Notes: a model not told the origin generated them from the letters alone. DNA of 64,000 bases from Lytechinus pictus (GCF_037042905.1 NC_087251.1:9736001-9800000), one strand, 5' to 3'; shown: positions 51,351 to 64,000, numbered from the stretch's first letter. Translations and numbers: made by a program.

Positions 51351-51657
51351 GGGGGGGGGGGGTGTTTCACAAAGATTTATGTATGACTTAGAGTCGCACT
51401 TAAGTGCCTAGTTTATTACAAGAGCCATTGTGACCGCATTGGTCAGATCATGCAAAGAGGTCGCGCACTACTGCGTATTGATCAATTAGATTGCGCGTTG
51501 CATTTCAGATACGCATCAGCATTTAAGTATTTTAATTTCCTACCAAGGTATTGTAAAAAACAGATATGGTACCTGTAAATAATCTCAAACCTAATATTAA
51601 TACTGTAGAGTATTAAATCTTGTGAAAGTATTAAATTAAATCTTGTGAAACACCCCC
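51351..51657. mobile_element. Harbinger-like MITE carrying an 83-bp templated insertion
   Basis: gggtgtttcacaaagattta / taaatcttgtgaaacacccc TIR. Confidence 0.7.
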
Positions 51658-52096
51658 TGGTGTACTTTGCATGATTTTTAAAAGCTCTGTATCGAAAGTT
51701 ATTAGGCCAAACCATAAAATGTTGGTAGGATCGCAGAGAGGTCTATCTTTCCCTGTTGAGGCCCCAACTAACTTCCATTCTCTACATTTTTTTAATATCT
51801 GTGTTTCAATACTTCAGGGAATTATCTATTCAAAGACAAACAACAGATCATGTCATCTTAAACAAATATGAATCTCTCTCATGAAGAGATTGGCTACAAG
51901 CTGTACAGTGTGCCCTCGATTGTCACGTAAAGTCTCTGTGTTTAATCTGCACTCTGTGTAAACTTTCGTCAACGATAGGTCAATAGTCCTTCACATTATT
52001 ATATTTCCCAACTCTACAGTATTAATATTAGGTTTGAGATTATTTACAGGTACCATATCTGTTTTTTACAATACCTTGGTAGGAAATTAAAATGTA

Positions 52097-53746
52097 GGGG
52101 ATATTGGGGTTAGTTGGAACGCAGGGTAACTTGAAACATTGTAATAAATTTATGCAATACTGCCCTCAATTTATTGCCATTATCAACAGCCATCCACCAT
52201 ATAACAGACAACACATATGCAACAAGCCTGGTGAAGTTAGAAAGGAATTTTTTGTTTTTTCACCTTCTGAGTAATTTTTTTCTCTTTTAGAAATGTTTTA
52301 TTATCTGAGAGAAGTTTATAGATCAAGTTGGCCAGTTTGGGGTATAATAGACACTTGTACCAAGCTACAAAATAAGGTTATTAATATGCCAAGGCGAAGT
52401 CCCTTTTTGTGCTGTAAGCTTATGAATGTCAAATGGGCCTCTGGGGTTAGTTGGAACAAAATTGAAGGGGATAGTTGGAACATGTTCCAACTTACCCCAA
52501 ACATGAATTTATGAATAAAAACATTGGATATGAGTAAAAAAATATGTACAGTATTTCACACTCTTCTGAACATGTATTGTATACCATGCTTGTTTTATCA
52601 GTTAGGTCTGAGTGTGCATTTAAGGCTTATTGTAGGCCCCTAATGCAATACTAACCCTTATCAAACTGGGGGAGGGGTCAATTTGAGCCCCCCCCCTCGA
52701 CAAATTTTGTCACCACGCCGCCGCGCGAAATTTTTTGACCGCACCGCTCAATGACTTTTTACTTTCAAGTCTTAAGCATCTTTTGATACCAAATTTGCGA
52801 TGCCTGGGTGCGCGATTTCGAAATTACGCAACATTTTGTACATGCATGTCGGACCCAAAATTGCTCAAAAACGTGATTCCATGTACATGTGCAAATTGTG
52901 TTTTTCAACCAATAATCATAAATATATGATTATTTTTACTTTTGCTGGTTCAAATGGATTTATTTTATGCTTTTTATGATCGCAAAAGAATCCCCGACAA
53001 AGTTCATCAGAAAAAACAATAAAAAACAAAGGTTAAAAAAAAAATAAGAAATACAAATTAAAAAAAACAAAAATACATAAGAAATTATATTTTTTACAAT
53101 TTTTTGTGGATATTTGTTATAAATGTAAAAATTGATACTCTCACCAAAAATTAGCATTCTACTAGCTTAATAAATAGATTTAAGGCAAAAACATAAAAGA
53201 AAAAATTTAGGGCAAATTTCATATGCTTATTTGCATAATTAATTAAAAAATATAAAAAATTAATTTTTCTCATGTAAATTTGATGAAGAAGTACATGAAA
53301 TTGCTGATAGTACAAATGCACACAAAAACGCAGAATTCTACTACACAGTCACCTTGCCTGAGTGGCTGTATAATAGAAAACATACAGTTCAACAAATCCA
53401 CTTTTAATATTTTGAACTTGAAAAGATAATGCAAATAGGCTAAAACCATGTAATATTACAGTTTTAAGTAGTTTTAGTATAATTCTTAATTGACCATGCA
53501 GTGTTCCAACTTACCCCATACCATGTTCCAACTTACACCGATATGGGGTAAGTTGGAACGCTTGCGATGGCCTTGTTCAAGGTGGATTTTTTTCAGTAAC
53601 CATCATACAGTTAAAAATTTATGGGGTACATTTGAAGCCCTTAGATATATGCTTCAAGCTGATATATTGATTGTTTCTCAAGTAAAATCTATTTGGATTT
53701 TACAGCCATTTTTGTCAAAAATGTTCCAACTAACCCCGATCTCCCC
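52097..53746. mobile_element. TA-flanked non-autonomous DNA transposon with nested piggyBac-like fragment (~52650-53290)
   Basis: TA|ggggatattggggttagttggaac ... gttccaactaaccccgatctcccc|TA; internal GGGGTWAGTTGGAAC repeats. Confidence 0.8.
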
Positions 53747-54957
53747 TAAAATTAGACTTAAATTGGAAATATTCTTTGAAATGTCGAGCTATCTAGAGGT
53801 CTCATAAAAAGATAAATGGCATACAAATGTAAATATACATTATGAACAATCAATTTGTTTAAGTGTTGCTTTTATCTCATTCTTTTTGAAATGTTGATAA
53901 TGGTGATGTACACTTTATCAAAGAAATCTTAATTGCAAACATACATATATTATGATGTACGAACGCAGACATGCCAAGTTCAAAGACCAGCTACCCATGA
54001 GGTTTTCTGTGATTTGACCTGAGATCACAGTATTTGTATATAAAATATATAGGGGATAGGCTGTGTTACATGTATATACATGATAGAGAGATTTGAGGGA
54101 ATGAGCAAAAGTCTGTAATGCAGGAGATCTCATACATTATACAAACATTATCATTATTGCCACCACTCTCCCTATATTACCTATTAGAGTCAGCTGCAAT
54201 CATCATACATGTAGTAAATAACCTACAGGGTAAATTTTAAAGGTAAATAAATTTAATATATTATGAAAAATAATAAGATTTTAATGTTTACAGTAAAACC
54301 TACTTAGCTTACACCTGTATGTAAGGACTACCTGTCTATAATGAACACAAGTTTGGACTCCCTCAAATGATTTTCCCTATTGAAACATGCATGACAGGGA
54401 CCCATCCACGATTAGAGGACATAAGACCATTTTTTCCTAACCTTTTCTGGGTGGGGTCTTTCGATAGGTCGAGCTTGATTTTTTTCACACATCATTTTCA
54501 TGATACCATGCCCATCAAACCTTGTTTTCTCCTTATTTCCTACAACTCTTTCTGAATTTATTCTGCAGAAATCCAGTACTTCTATGGGTTATGCTGATCA
54601 ATTTTGATGAGATAAAGTGATAAATCATTTAAAAGTGTTGGTTTGCTTTTCAAGCTCAGTGAAAATCTCAAAATCTATTTTGGGGAATTTTTTGTTGGTT
54701 TAGGAGTGGCAGGTCCATATCCAATAACCATCTTAAACAATATTATCCAATATTTTAGCAAAAAATAAATTCTTATCCAAGTTAATTGATCTAAAATTAT
54801 CTTCAACTTTGACCCAGTATTGAAATTATACACATCAAATTTCAGATACTTAGTTTTAACACTTACGTAACATAATATTGACTGATAATTTCAAAATTAT
54901 CTTAAATATTAATAGGCCTAATCTATACATTTTTTTTTTGGAAGTTAATACATTTTA

Positions 54958-55525
54958 TTATTAATCATATCAGACATCTCAGCAGGGCAACTTTAATACA
55001 TTATAGCCTGATTAAGAATGTGATCAAATGGTCGGTCAATAAGTTTCAAATCGTTTATCCACAGACCCAATTTATTGCCCGCTCAGGAAAGTCAATGGGG
55101 AAATGCATGGAAATAAATGTAGGGGGCAACAAGGCAGAGCTTACACCAGCATATTCTAGCGTCCTATTGATCAGGGCAGTGCTATACATCACAATGTTGA
55201 TCAAGTTGAGACAACACTGGATACTTCGTCCCCAGGCCAGGGACGCATCATTTCAATTACGTCACAACATTTGGTAAAATTCAGAGGCCCAGTCTGCTCA
55301 ACATCAAAAAACAGATTCCCATTCTTAAACTGTAAAATATCTCAATTTTCATGATTTTTGCTCAGATGTCTGATGCGGATAATAATAAAAATTTTGACTG
55401 GCTTTTCTTTCGGGGAACATAAAATATTGCCATTAAAAGAACCATATTGCCCTCGTCTAACTCGGTTCAATATGATTCTATAGCGGGCAATATATTTGAT
55501 GTTACCCTCAGGCCAGTCAATATCA
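54958..55525 (+). repeat. Bipartite palindromic interspersed repeat, copy 2
   Basis: Colinear with 49051-49623 (e.g. atcaagttgagacaac..tggatact..gtccccaggccaggg). Confidence 0.75.
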
Positions 55526-55592
55526 ATATTGATTGACCATTCACCTTGTGACCTGCAATTTCATTCAATTTCATCCATATGCCGATACTTGA

Positions 55593-55766
55593 TAGGGGCT
55601 ACAGAACAGGGGGGCTGAGAGGGATTCAGCCCCCCCCCTCCCTCCCATAACTCTCTACCAAAACCATGTACAAACACGTAAAACTTACCATTTATTAGTG
55701 TTGTGAATTGTTACATGGTCAGCCCCCCCCCCCCCCCTCCCTTTCAAAACTTATCTGCAGCCCCTG
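55593..55766. mobile_element. Small DNA element with 5-bp TSD
   Basis: CTTGA|taggggctacag ... ctgcagcccctg|CTTGA. Confidence 0.7.
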
Positions 55767-55819
55767 CTTGATCACCTTAATATGCAAGTAGTATGAAATA
55801 GGAAAGAACATTATCTACT

Positions 55820-56155
55820 GGTCATGGTGGCTCAAGTGGTAGAGCACCTGCCTCATGGGTTCAGTGCTTGTGAGTCACACCAAAGACTAGACCAAAAGCT
55901 TCAGTCTGACCTGTTCCGCTTAACTACATTGGCTACTGTCTGAGATGGTAAAGTAAAATGTCAGAAAATGTTAAATAAATCCCCAAAAGCGATGGTTATT
56001 CCTGTCTAACTTAAGACTTGAAAAAAGGACTTTCTGCCTTCTTGTCAAGCATTTGACTTTTGAGAATAGAGAAGGGTAATAATAACATATTATATCCACT
56101 AGAAAATCAGCTAATATCATAGTTGAAGTGGCTACCCTGGATATTATCTAATATT
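55820..56155 (+). mobile_element. Degraded tRNA-derived SINE, interrupted
   Basis: A box TGGCTCAAGTGG, gagtcacaccaaagac, body resumes aagacttgaaaaaaggactttctgccttcttgtcaagc after ~120 bp resembling 57700-57850. Confidence 0.5.
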
Positions 56156-56628
56156 AGACCAAAATTCAGACCCTGAAAAGTTTATTATTCCACTGAACTA
56201 CATGTTCGTGTACGTTGGCTACAGTATGCCCTCTAGGCTAGCTAGGAAGGGGGAGACTGAAAAATCAGTCTACATGTATTTTTGTCACAATATTCTCCGC
56301 TAAGGCTTTGTCTGGCTTCGCAGCATTCTGTAGACCAATGCAGTGGAGGGGGTAGACATTATACCACGATTGATTGGCTGGCATGCGTAGCGGGATTTTC
56401 TAGCTGCATTTAGAAACATGTCGACAAACAATCAACGAACCTGACATCAGCTCTTTGAAATCAAATTTTTGGATTTAACATCACACATTTCAAGAAACTG
56501 GTATTAAGCTGATTGTTTTTAGGCGCTTTGTTTCTCCCATTGAAAGCATGATTTACATAAAAATCAAAGAGGGTGAGGTAGCACACACTTTAACCCATAG
56601 CCACCATTAAGAGTCCTATGGGAGTATG

Positions 56629-57560
56629 CCGGGGGGGGGGGGCACTCACATATATTGGTGGTACGGGGACGTACCGCTTTGATGATCCCCTTATTCAGAC
56701 ATAATTTTAAGTTATCTAGAATTTTACTAGATACTCCGAATGACAAAAGTTCTGTTCAGAAGCCGCACCGCTCGAAAGACCCCCGTTACGAAACATCTCA
56801 GTTCCCTTGCCCTGCCAAAATGGTCCAGTGCCAGCACCGCATGCGAGAACTGCACGCACGGCTTCACAACCCCCTCTAGCCCCCATACATGTATATACAC
56901 AGACCTGCCAACCTCTGGGAATGAAAAACTGTATTCTGTGATTAAAAAAAATGTATTTTTCCCAAAAAAGTGTATTTCATAATAAAATGCTTGGCGCACT
57001 CGCTCATCGCGGCGCTCAAGCTGCATGCAAGCTAAAATGCGCACTGCTCTTGCAGATGAAAAAAAAAACATTAAAACATGTGTATATCTTCACCCTGGTT
57101 TGAACAAAATGATTGAAAAAAAAAACAAGTTACCTGAAATTACATTGATCTAATAACCATATTTGTGCACGTTTTATGAAATAGAGACATATAGAGATTA
57201 TTTTTCTCAATAAATTACGATTTAGTTAAAAAAAGAAATATATATATATATCTATTTTTTTTATACAAAAAACGTATTTTTCAAAGAAAAAACGTACTGC
57301 CGTATTTTGGTTGCAAAAACGTACTAAATACGGCTAAAACGTACTGGTTGGCAGGTCTGTATACATGCACAGCGCTAGCGTGTACAGTACTGCACCCCGA
57401 TCCCATTCCGTAGACCGTTTTCACACAGCCCAGTATATATTTAGTTCCCAAGATCCGTATTTTACCCTTGTGGTCAGTTCCTTAGACCCCCATTTCAGGG
57501 TTTCGTGAGGCACACCCCCATCAAAATATAATTTGAGTGCCCCCCCCCCCCACCCCAGGG
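56629..57560. mobile_element. Poly-G-terminated non-autonomous DNA element
   Basis: ccggg(G)n cactca ... tgagtg(C)n termini. Confidence 0.65.
56900..57359. mobile_element. Nested DNA element with 6-bp TSD
   Basis: TATACA|cagacctgccaac ... gttggcaggtctg|TATACA; perfect 13-bp TIR; AAAACGTA subterminal repeats. Confidence 0.8.
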
Positions 57561-59931
57561 AATAGGCCTATCCAGTCTGTGTAAAAAGAGGACTGAAAAC
57601 AAATCAGAAAATGCCTATCAAAGCTTCTCCAAACAGCAGATTTTTCAGTCTGTCTGGGGATGCAAGATGTCAGAAATTGTTATTGAATCCCTAGACAAGA
57701 ATAAACATAGTTTCTGGGGATTTATTTAAGAATTGCTGACATTTTACTGAGTGGAGCCAATGTAGTCCAGCGGAACAAATTAATGGCATATAGATTGAAG
57801 CTTTTGGTCTTATGAATCCCCAGAAAAGATGCCTGGTTATTTCTGTCTAACATTATTTATATTTCATACTATCAATTTACTTTAAAAATTACCTTGAAAA
57901 TTAAAAATCTTAAAAGTTGGACCTGGTAGTGGTAAGTTAATATTCTTGTCATGCTCCCAATGATACCTTAACATGGTCAACATTGTAATGCAGAAAAAGG
58001 TAGGGCCTAGTATACAAATATACCAGGCTTTAAAGTATAGCAGGAATTATTTGTCCGAGGTTTGACTGGCATTACTATTTGTCCAGTCCAACCAACGATG
58101 AATGAATCCCTCTATACTTAATACTAAATAAAGGCCTGTTATATTTAATATCCTACATTTAATAAGTAAGAACAACAAATCTTGATAATCTAGTTCTTGT
58201 ACACATATTTATTCTGAGCCAAAATACAGATAACGCGCTGAGCTGACTGACCTACTTTTCCTGAAGCTACGCGCTCAGCGGAAAACAGGTTTGTGCTTGC
58301 GCCCGAGAGATTGCATGATTTGTGTCAATGATCTGCGGCGTCAATGATGGAATAGTGCACTAAAGTTATTCCATCATCGACGTCACGGAATAGTAATTTT
58401 CTTCAGTGGGCATTTCATTTTCAACATCATTGCAAAATAGTAAGACTATGTTTGGTCACATGATGCTATTTAAAACAATCAGCATACATGTACATAATTT
58501 AATTTATGTAAGATGGTCTATAAAGAAATCTATTTTTTTTTAACAATGTTGCAGATCTTATCATCTCGGCCCTCACAATAGGCTAGGACATAGATTCTAG
58601 ATCTGACGCACCCAAGGGTTCATTACATGCCGCCGCGCAAAGAAAAATCAAGCCATACAAGTCGTGTGTTGTGGACACCAGAAGTGGGATCCCAGCACGC
58701 GCGACCCACTAGTTGGAAATCCACTGCCAAACGCGGTTCATGGTGCGAGGTTAGTATACTATTGGTATACTAATACTAACCTCGCAATACGTGTGAGTGG
58801 ATCTGACGTAGACCCACTAGTTCACTGCAACCACCCTGCCTGTGGGGAATCAAATGTATATCTATGGTATGCCAAATGCAGTACACACTTAAAATGTTCA
58901 TTAACAAAACTTTTGAAATAAAAGAAAATTGATGATTGTTATTTGCTTTTATTTCGAAAGTTTTATTTTCATATTCATTTATCAGATAGATCCCTCTATC
59001 GATGGAATATTCATGAATGTTCATGCTGTTTGACCTGCGACCCTCGTGCATGAGCATGCAATGTTTTGAAATCAGCCGTGAATAATACGTGTGAGGAATT
59101 AGATACTGGCTCGAAATCACAAATTTTTAGGATTACCGGAGGATATGGAGTGAAATATGGGTGTAGAGTAAGAAATTAAACTTTTATTTTCTTCTCAATG
59201 CCTTTTTTTCGTATAATTTTTACATTAAATATGCATTTTTTCCCACCTTTGCCGCTCGGAGTATCCGAACGAGTTCACCACCTTGAGGTTCGGGTAGGTG
59301 GAGCGTAGTGTAGCGGTAGTGAAGTGGAGTGAAGCCTGCACGAACATCACTTGAGGTAATCATCTTCATAACCTTGTTCATTGAATGAGTGCTTAGACCT
59401 CAGCTGTTATACTTGCTAGTCTAAACTTTATGGCAAGTTCCCCTAAGTCTGCGCCGTCCCCCTTGTCTGCTCATACGCGTATCTGCGCAATTCTAGTAAA
59501 AGAAGATACGCGACAACCACAGAGTTTACACATGCAATACATAGAAAGATATTCAAAAAAAATCCCGACTCAAAATAGTGGAAAAATAATGAATTTTGGG
59601 CATTTCCTGTGAGCGCCTAAAAATGCAGCCTTTTTTTTCATCAAAATCGCCGAATCACGTGCAAAGTGAATGGGTGCACAGACATCGGGTACCATTTTTT
59701 GGTTCAATCTGAAAATGACCACCCGAGGTATAATATCCAAGAAAATCATATATTTCTTTAAAATCTTTATGAGATATTTGGTACACATAATAATATAAGG
59801 AACATTATCAACTGAAAGATTTTGGGAAATAAAACGAAATTCTTGTTGAATCTTAACTCAATTCGTTAGGTGCGCAGACTTGGGACCACCATCATCTTAA
59901 GTTTAATTTAAAGTCAAAGAAAGTAACTTAC

Positions 59932-60109
59932 CTCCATCCACTTTCTTCATTCCAATCGTTCCACCAACATAAATAACAAGGACTATTGTCTCTGTCACAT
60001 CTTGGGTTTGAAATACAGATGATGAACTTGACTTTTTCATTTGAACTAGGCTAGCAGCTTTTGGTATGAATTTTCCATCTGGAGGAGGAGGGGAAGGTTG
60101 AGGAGCCAT
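59932..60109 (-). CDS. ASPG: ASPG (L-asparaginase / 60 kDa lysophospholipase) exon 1
   Basis: MAPQP...VLVIYVGGTIGMKK contains the GGTIGM catalytic Thr motif; G|gtaagt donor. Confidence 0.93.
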
Positions 60110-60560
60110 AATGTGATTTCCAGTGCAGCAAGTGAGTTAGAATAGTCAGTAACACCACTCAATTAGTCGATCTAGCTCTCGTTGTCATCATCAAGTCAGC
60201 TTTGCATTGCTGATTGCAGTGCTGTCATGAACTTATAGCACTACTTTCTGACCAAGACTCCTCCAAAGTCCAATATTACAAACAGCTTAAACTTACAGTA
60301 CAGCTAGCTGACTCAGCTCGGGCTGGCTCAGCTATCACTCTAGACTGTCGACTCGACTCGTGCCCGCGCTTGCTCGCTCAGTCCCACCAAATCCCGGCGC
60401 GGCGCCAGTGCAGTACCGTAACAGGCCTTTTTTTCCACGTCCGATTGCTGAATGCAAAAATGTAAACATCGTACCGCGTACCGGTATATTTGTACTGGCG
60501 CGCGCAATATCATAGCGGGCAAGGCTAGCTAGCTGTATCCGGGGCTGTATGAGGACGGGG
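60110..60560 (-). promoter_or_regulatory. Probable ASPG 5'UTR / CpG-rich promoter
   Basis: Local GC/CpG enrichment (60330-60540) directly upstream of the ASPG start codon. Confidence 0.5.
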
Positions 60561-61412
60561 GATGCAGTCTATCAACAAAAATCCTTCTTTTCGAGGAGCT
60601 CGATCAGACGATCACACCCCTTTCTTGGGTTATTGGGTTAAATAATTTGCAGTCTGTCAACGATTTCCTTTGGGATACATAATTATGATGCTTGAGCGCA
60701 CCCCTTTCTTTTTTGGTGGGTTTTTCAAGGAGATAAACTAGATCTATCTTATCTACTCAGTTAAATTCCTAAATTCTAGATATATGTGTTTAAACCAGGG
60801 GCGGATCAGTCATTTTTAATTCTTCAATTGAATAACAATTAAAAGTAATATAGGGCCTACAATATGACACAACCCATACTCCTGTTGATACTCTTCGCCC
60901 ATTTTTCACTACCCCCATCCCCTCTATTTAGCACCACCCTTGCTTTCGCCCATTTTTAATGAATAACGTACAGTTCAATTTTGTTAAAATTTTATGGGAG
61001 CCGTGGCTGAGTTTGGGCTGGGATGACAAATTGATGATGATATGATAATAATAATAACATTAATTAAAAAATAATGTTAATAATAATAATAAATAATAAA
61101 AATAGTATTAATAATGATAATCTTATATGGCACTTTTTATAATGATAATAAGAATTTTTAAAATATCTAAAACTAATGATTGATAATGTAAAAAAAAATT
61201 CTAAAAGTCAACTTCAATAAAAAAACATATATAGTAAAAAATAACACAAATAAAAAAAAGAGTTTCAATGGGCAGTAACCACAAAATTACCTGACAAAAT
61301 TACATCAGTGGCTTTTCACATAATTAATCACACAGAAAATTACCCAACAGACTAGTCTCAATATGAGTAAGAGAACTTTATAGGCTAAAACTAAAATTAA
61401 GTGTTGAACCAG

Positions 61413-61568
61413 GGGAGTGTTTCATCAACATTTTCATCCGACAAGTTGTCAGATCTGACATCTTTCTCTGATGTTGATTGGCTGAGAGGTACTGTTACTA
61501 TGGTAACTGTCGGATAAAATGGGACTTGTCGGATAAAACGTCCGACAAGTCCTTTCATGAAACGCCCC
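61413..61568. mobile_element. Harbinger-like MITE (CAG TSD)
   Basis: CAG|gggagtgtttcat ... atgaaacgcccc|CAG; decayed relatives near 8203-8370, 36781-36920 and 47770-47930. Confidence 0.7.
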
Positions 61569-61628
61569 CAGGGATTGGACCCACCGAACTCGAAAAAACG
61601 GAATGAACCACTCACACAGCCACGAATA

Positions 61629-63240
61629 TAATGTTTAAAGCACAGATGGCGCTACTTCACTTCTTGGAAAAGAATTACAATGTAATTGAATTTGCGTATG
61701 CGTAGGTTTTACTATAATGTTTCAAACTAAAGATGGCGCTATACAACTTTTGGTGCATTGGGGTTCCGTGGATATGACTTGGCCGCGTACAAGGCAGATT
61801 GCAAACACGAAAGCCTGGGATTCGAATCCCGAAATGGCACAATGGCGTACTGTTGATTTTAGACGGGAGAGGGGCCGTAGCCCCCTGATTTTGTTTCATA
61901 AAAGCCGAATGATTTAGTGGTAATTGAGGAATTAACTGTATCTTTCGAGCCCATATCGAAAACGCTAGGAGACGGAAATGTGAGAAATATATGCCCCTCT
62001 AATTTCAGATATTAGGGAAAACGGCTTTTTAATGCCGTCTCATATGCTTTGAGGTTGGATCAAGGGGACTCATAACTAAAGACAACAAATGCCAGATAAC
62101 TGCACTATTTAAGTCGGTCTGCCGTTCGGTGAAACCTCGGAAGTATTTTACACCCATATCCAAGATTATAGCCATTCTAACATCTTACGCGATATTTAAC
62201 GAAAGAGCGGAACCTTCGTGGGTAAAACCTGCGCTGCTCTGCCCATAATACCGTAAATATTATTCATAAGGGGTAGGATATGTCATAATGACAATTTGAT
62301 TAACTAATCAAATGTCATTAATCTTATTTTGCTTTCGGAAAAAATCATAATTTATGTATATATACTATAATTAAATCACGCTCTTCTTTTTCACGTGACA
62401 AGCATGCATATACTGAACAGTATTCAGACATTATAAATTTATATTCATTAGCAGTGAAATACTGCTCTGTTTAATGATCTCAAGTATATGCAGTATAATT
62501 CTATAATATTGTTAATTTTGAGGTACCACATATACTTATTATTCTCCAAACACCATCTATTCCTAAATTATCTTTGTTATAAATGATTTTATTATTCCAT
62601 TATTTCAAAATAATAACTCTACATACTGGCATTGTCAATAGTTCCTACAAAAAATACTATTAATCCACAAAATCCTCTTGTGACTGTTTACCCTTACTAG
62701 GCTTTATAACCTATTCATTTATTACTATTTACTTAAAGTCTCTCTTCAAGTGCATGTACTCCCCTTATCAGTTAAAAAAAATTCTGTTTTGTTCTTTTGT
62801 TGAATTATGTATTTATCTTGTATTTCCACATTTGTCATCCATTACATAATTGTATACCTTGTATCTTTCTGCCCACACATAAGGTAAAATGCTGGCATCA
62901 AACCAATAAAGTATATTTGCTTGGAAAAAAAATCATGATTATTATCATTATTATTATTGTGATTATTACAACGACTAGTACTACTATTAATGATGTAAGT
63001 ATTACGAAACATCATATCCTCCACTCAGAACCAGTGTTATATATATTATGTGCTTGGCTTTTATTAGTCCTGCATTTCTAACTCAAAACGAAAGAGTTTG
63101 CACATGTAGGCAACGTTGGCATGCCAAAAGTGGTCTAGCGCCATCTCTTGTTTCAAACAATTTAATGTAGCTCTAACGCATGTTATTAACATTAAAATGC
63201 AAAAAGTGGTGTAGCGCCATCTCTTGTTTAAAACATTACA
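61629..63240. repeat. 1.6-kb segment bounded by ~125-bp inverted arms with paired AGATGGCGCTA motifs
   Basis: 61629-61758 is an imperfect reverse complement of 63120-63240. Confidence 0.65.
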
Positions 63241-63413
63241 ACATGACTAATTTCTATGTATACTAGTATATACCAATGATTATAGTTATACATGTAATTA
63301 GTACATTGCACTCACTGAATACTAATACGCAATATTTTTTGTAGATAAAGTGTAGGAAGAACACCCAGTTCTATTTATTGAGGCTTCAAATCAAATCTGC
63401 ATTAACTGTTTAA

Positions 63414-63770
63414 GGGGTAATTTACCCTGACGAAAAGTTTATTGTAAAAATATCAGAAAAATAATCAAAACATTAATAAAGGTTTGAGGAAAATCCACAG
63501 ATGATTGTAATAAGTTATTATAATAAGTTTTTTTTGACGTCATATACGAGCAGCTTCCCTATATATCGTGGAGTAAAAAACACAATAAAATTTCAATTTC
63601 TCAAAAAAGACAATTGTTTTATTTTACCTTCAGTATATCAAAATAAAAATCATTTTACGCCCGCTCCTGAAAGAAACAAATTTTTAGTTCTCATGAAATT
63701 AATGCATTTTATACTACATATTATGAGGCACCTACTCGTATATGACGTCATGAACTGTTGTTTGATACTT
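63414..63770. mobile_element. Kolobok-like TTAA element (partial)
   Basis: TTAA|ggggtaatttaccctgacg start; interior resembles other TTAA families in style. Confidence 0.4.
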
Positions 63771-64000
63771 TAAACAACCATGTTGTTCCAGATTTGAACA
63801 CTTTTATACACTTTTGATTTTAATAGAAGTTACACTTAAAATATAGATTATTCGGAGTGCTTGCGTCCATCTGCAACACAATGGAAAAGATATTGTTTAT
63901 CCAAGATATTATGTTAGGCATTGTCAGAATATATAGTTAAGAGCCGAAAATGAACCTTTTAGTGTTTATTAGAGAAGACTTGGATATGTATTTCGTTTTG

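Noticed and set aside
58020..59895. CpG-richer blocks in ASPG intron 1 (ORFs 58664, 58776, 59430, 59570)
   Set aside because: Probably further repeats (e.g. IR aagtctgcgc at ~59445/59880), but I could not define boundaries or any protein similarity.

Overview
AT-rich, intron-containing animal genomic DNA. The repeat landscape suggests an echinoderm such as a sea urchin (inference). Four protein-coding genes can be rebuilt from GT-AG splice sites with consistent phases. (1) The last 6 exons of a DEG/ENaC/ASIC-family channel (+, 2018-7113; its 5' part lies left of the window). (2) A 4-exon, ~547-aa, largely disordered protein I do not recognise (+, 12880-16050). (3) A single-coding-exon 496-aa coiled-coil/disordered protein (+, 28775-30265), preceded by a 43-codon uORF whose stop overlaps the main ATG (TGATG). 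(4) A complete 12-exon ASPG (type I L-asparaginase/lysophospholipase with ankyrin repeats; -, 60109-37918; 647 aa). The rest is a dense, often nested mosaic of mobile elements: CR1/L2-group and RTE LINE fragments, tRNA-derived SINEs, and non-autonomous DNA transposons with TTAA, TA, 3-bp, 5-bp and 6-bp target duplications. Highlights are a decayed piggyBac-like element with very long inverted arms, a periodic GCGAAGC mini-hairpin array, a perfect 83-bp inverted templated insertion, and an atypical channel pore. No CRISPR, rRNA or genuine tRNA gene was found. All family assignments come from motif recognition, not database searches.
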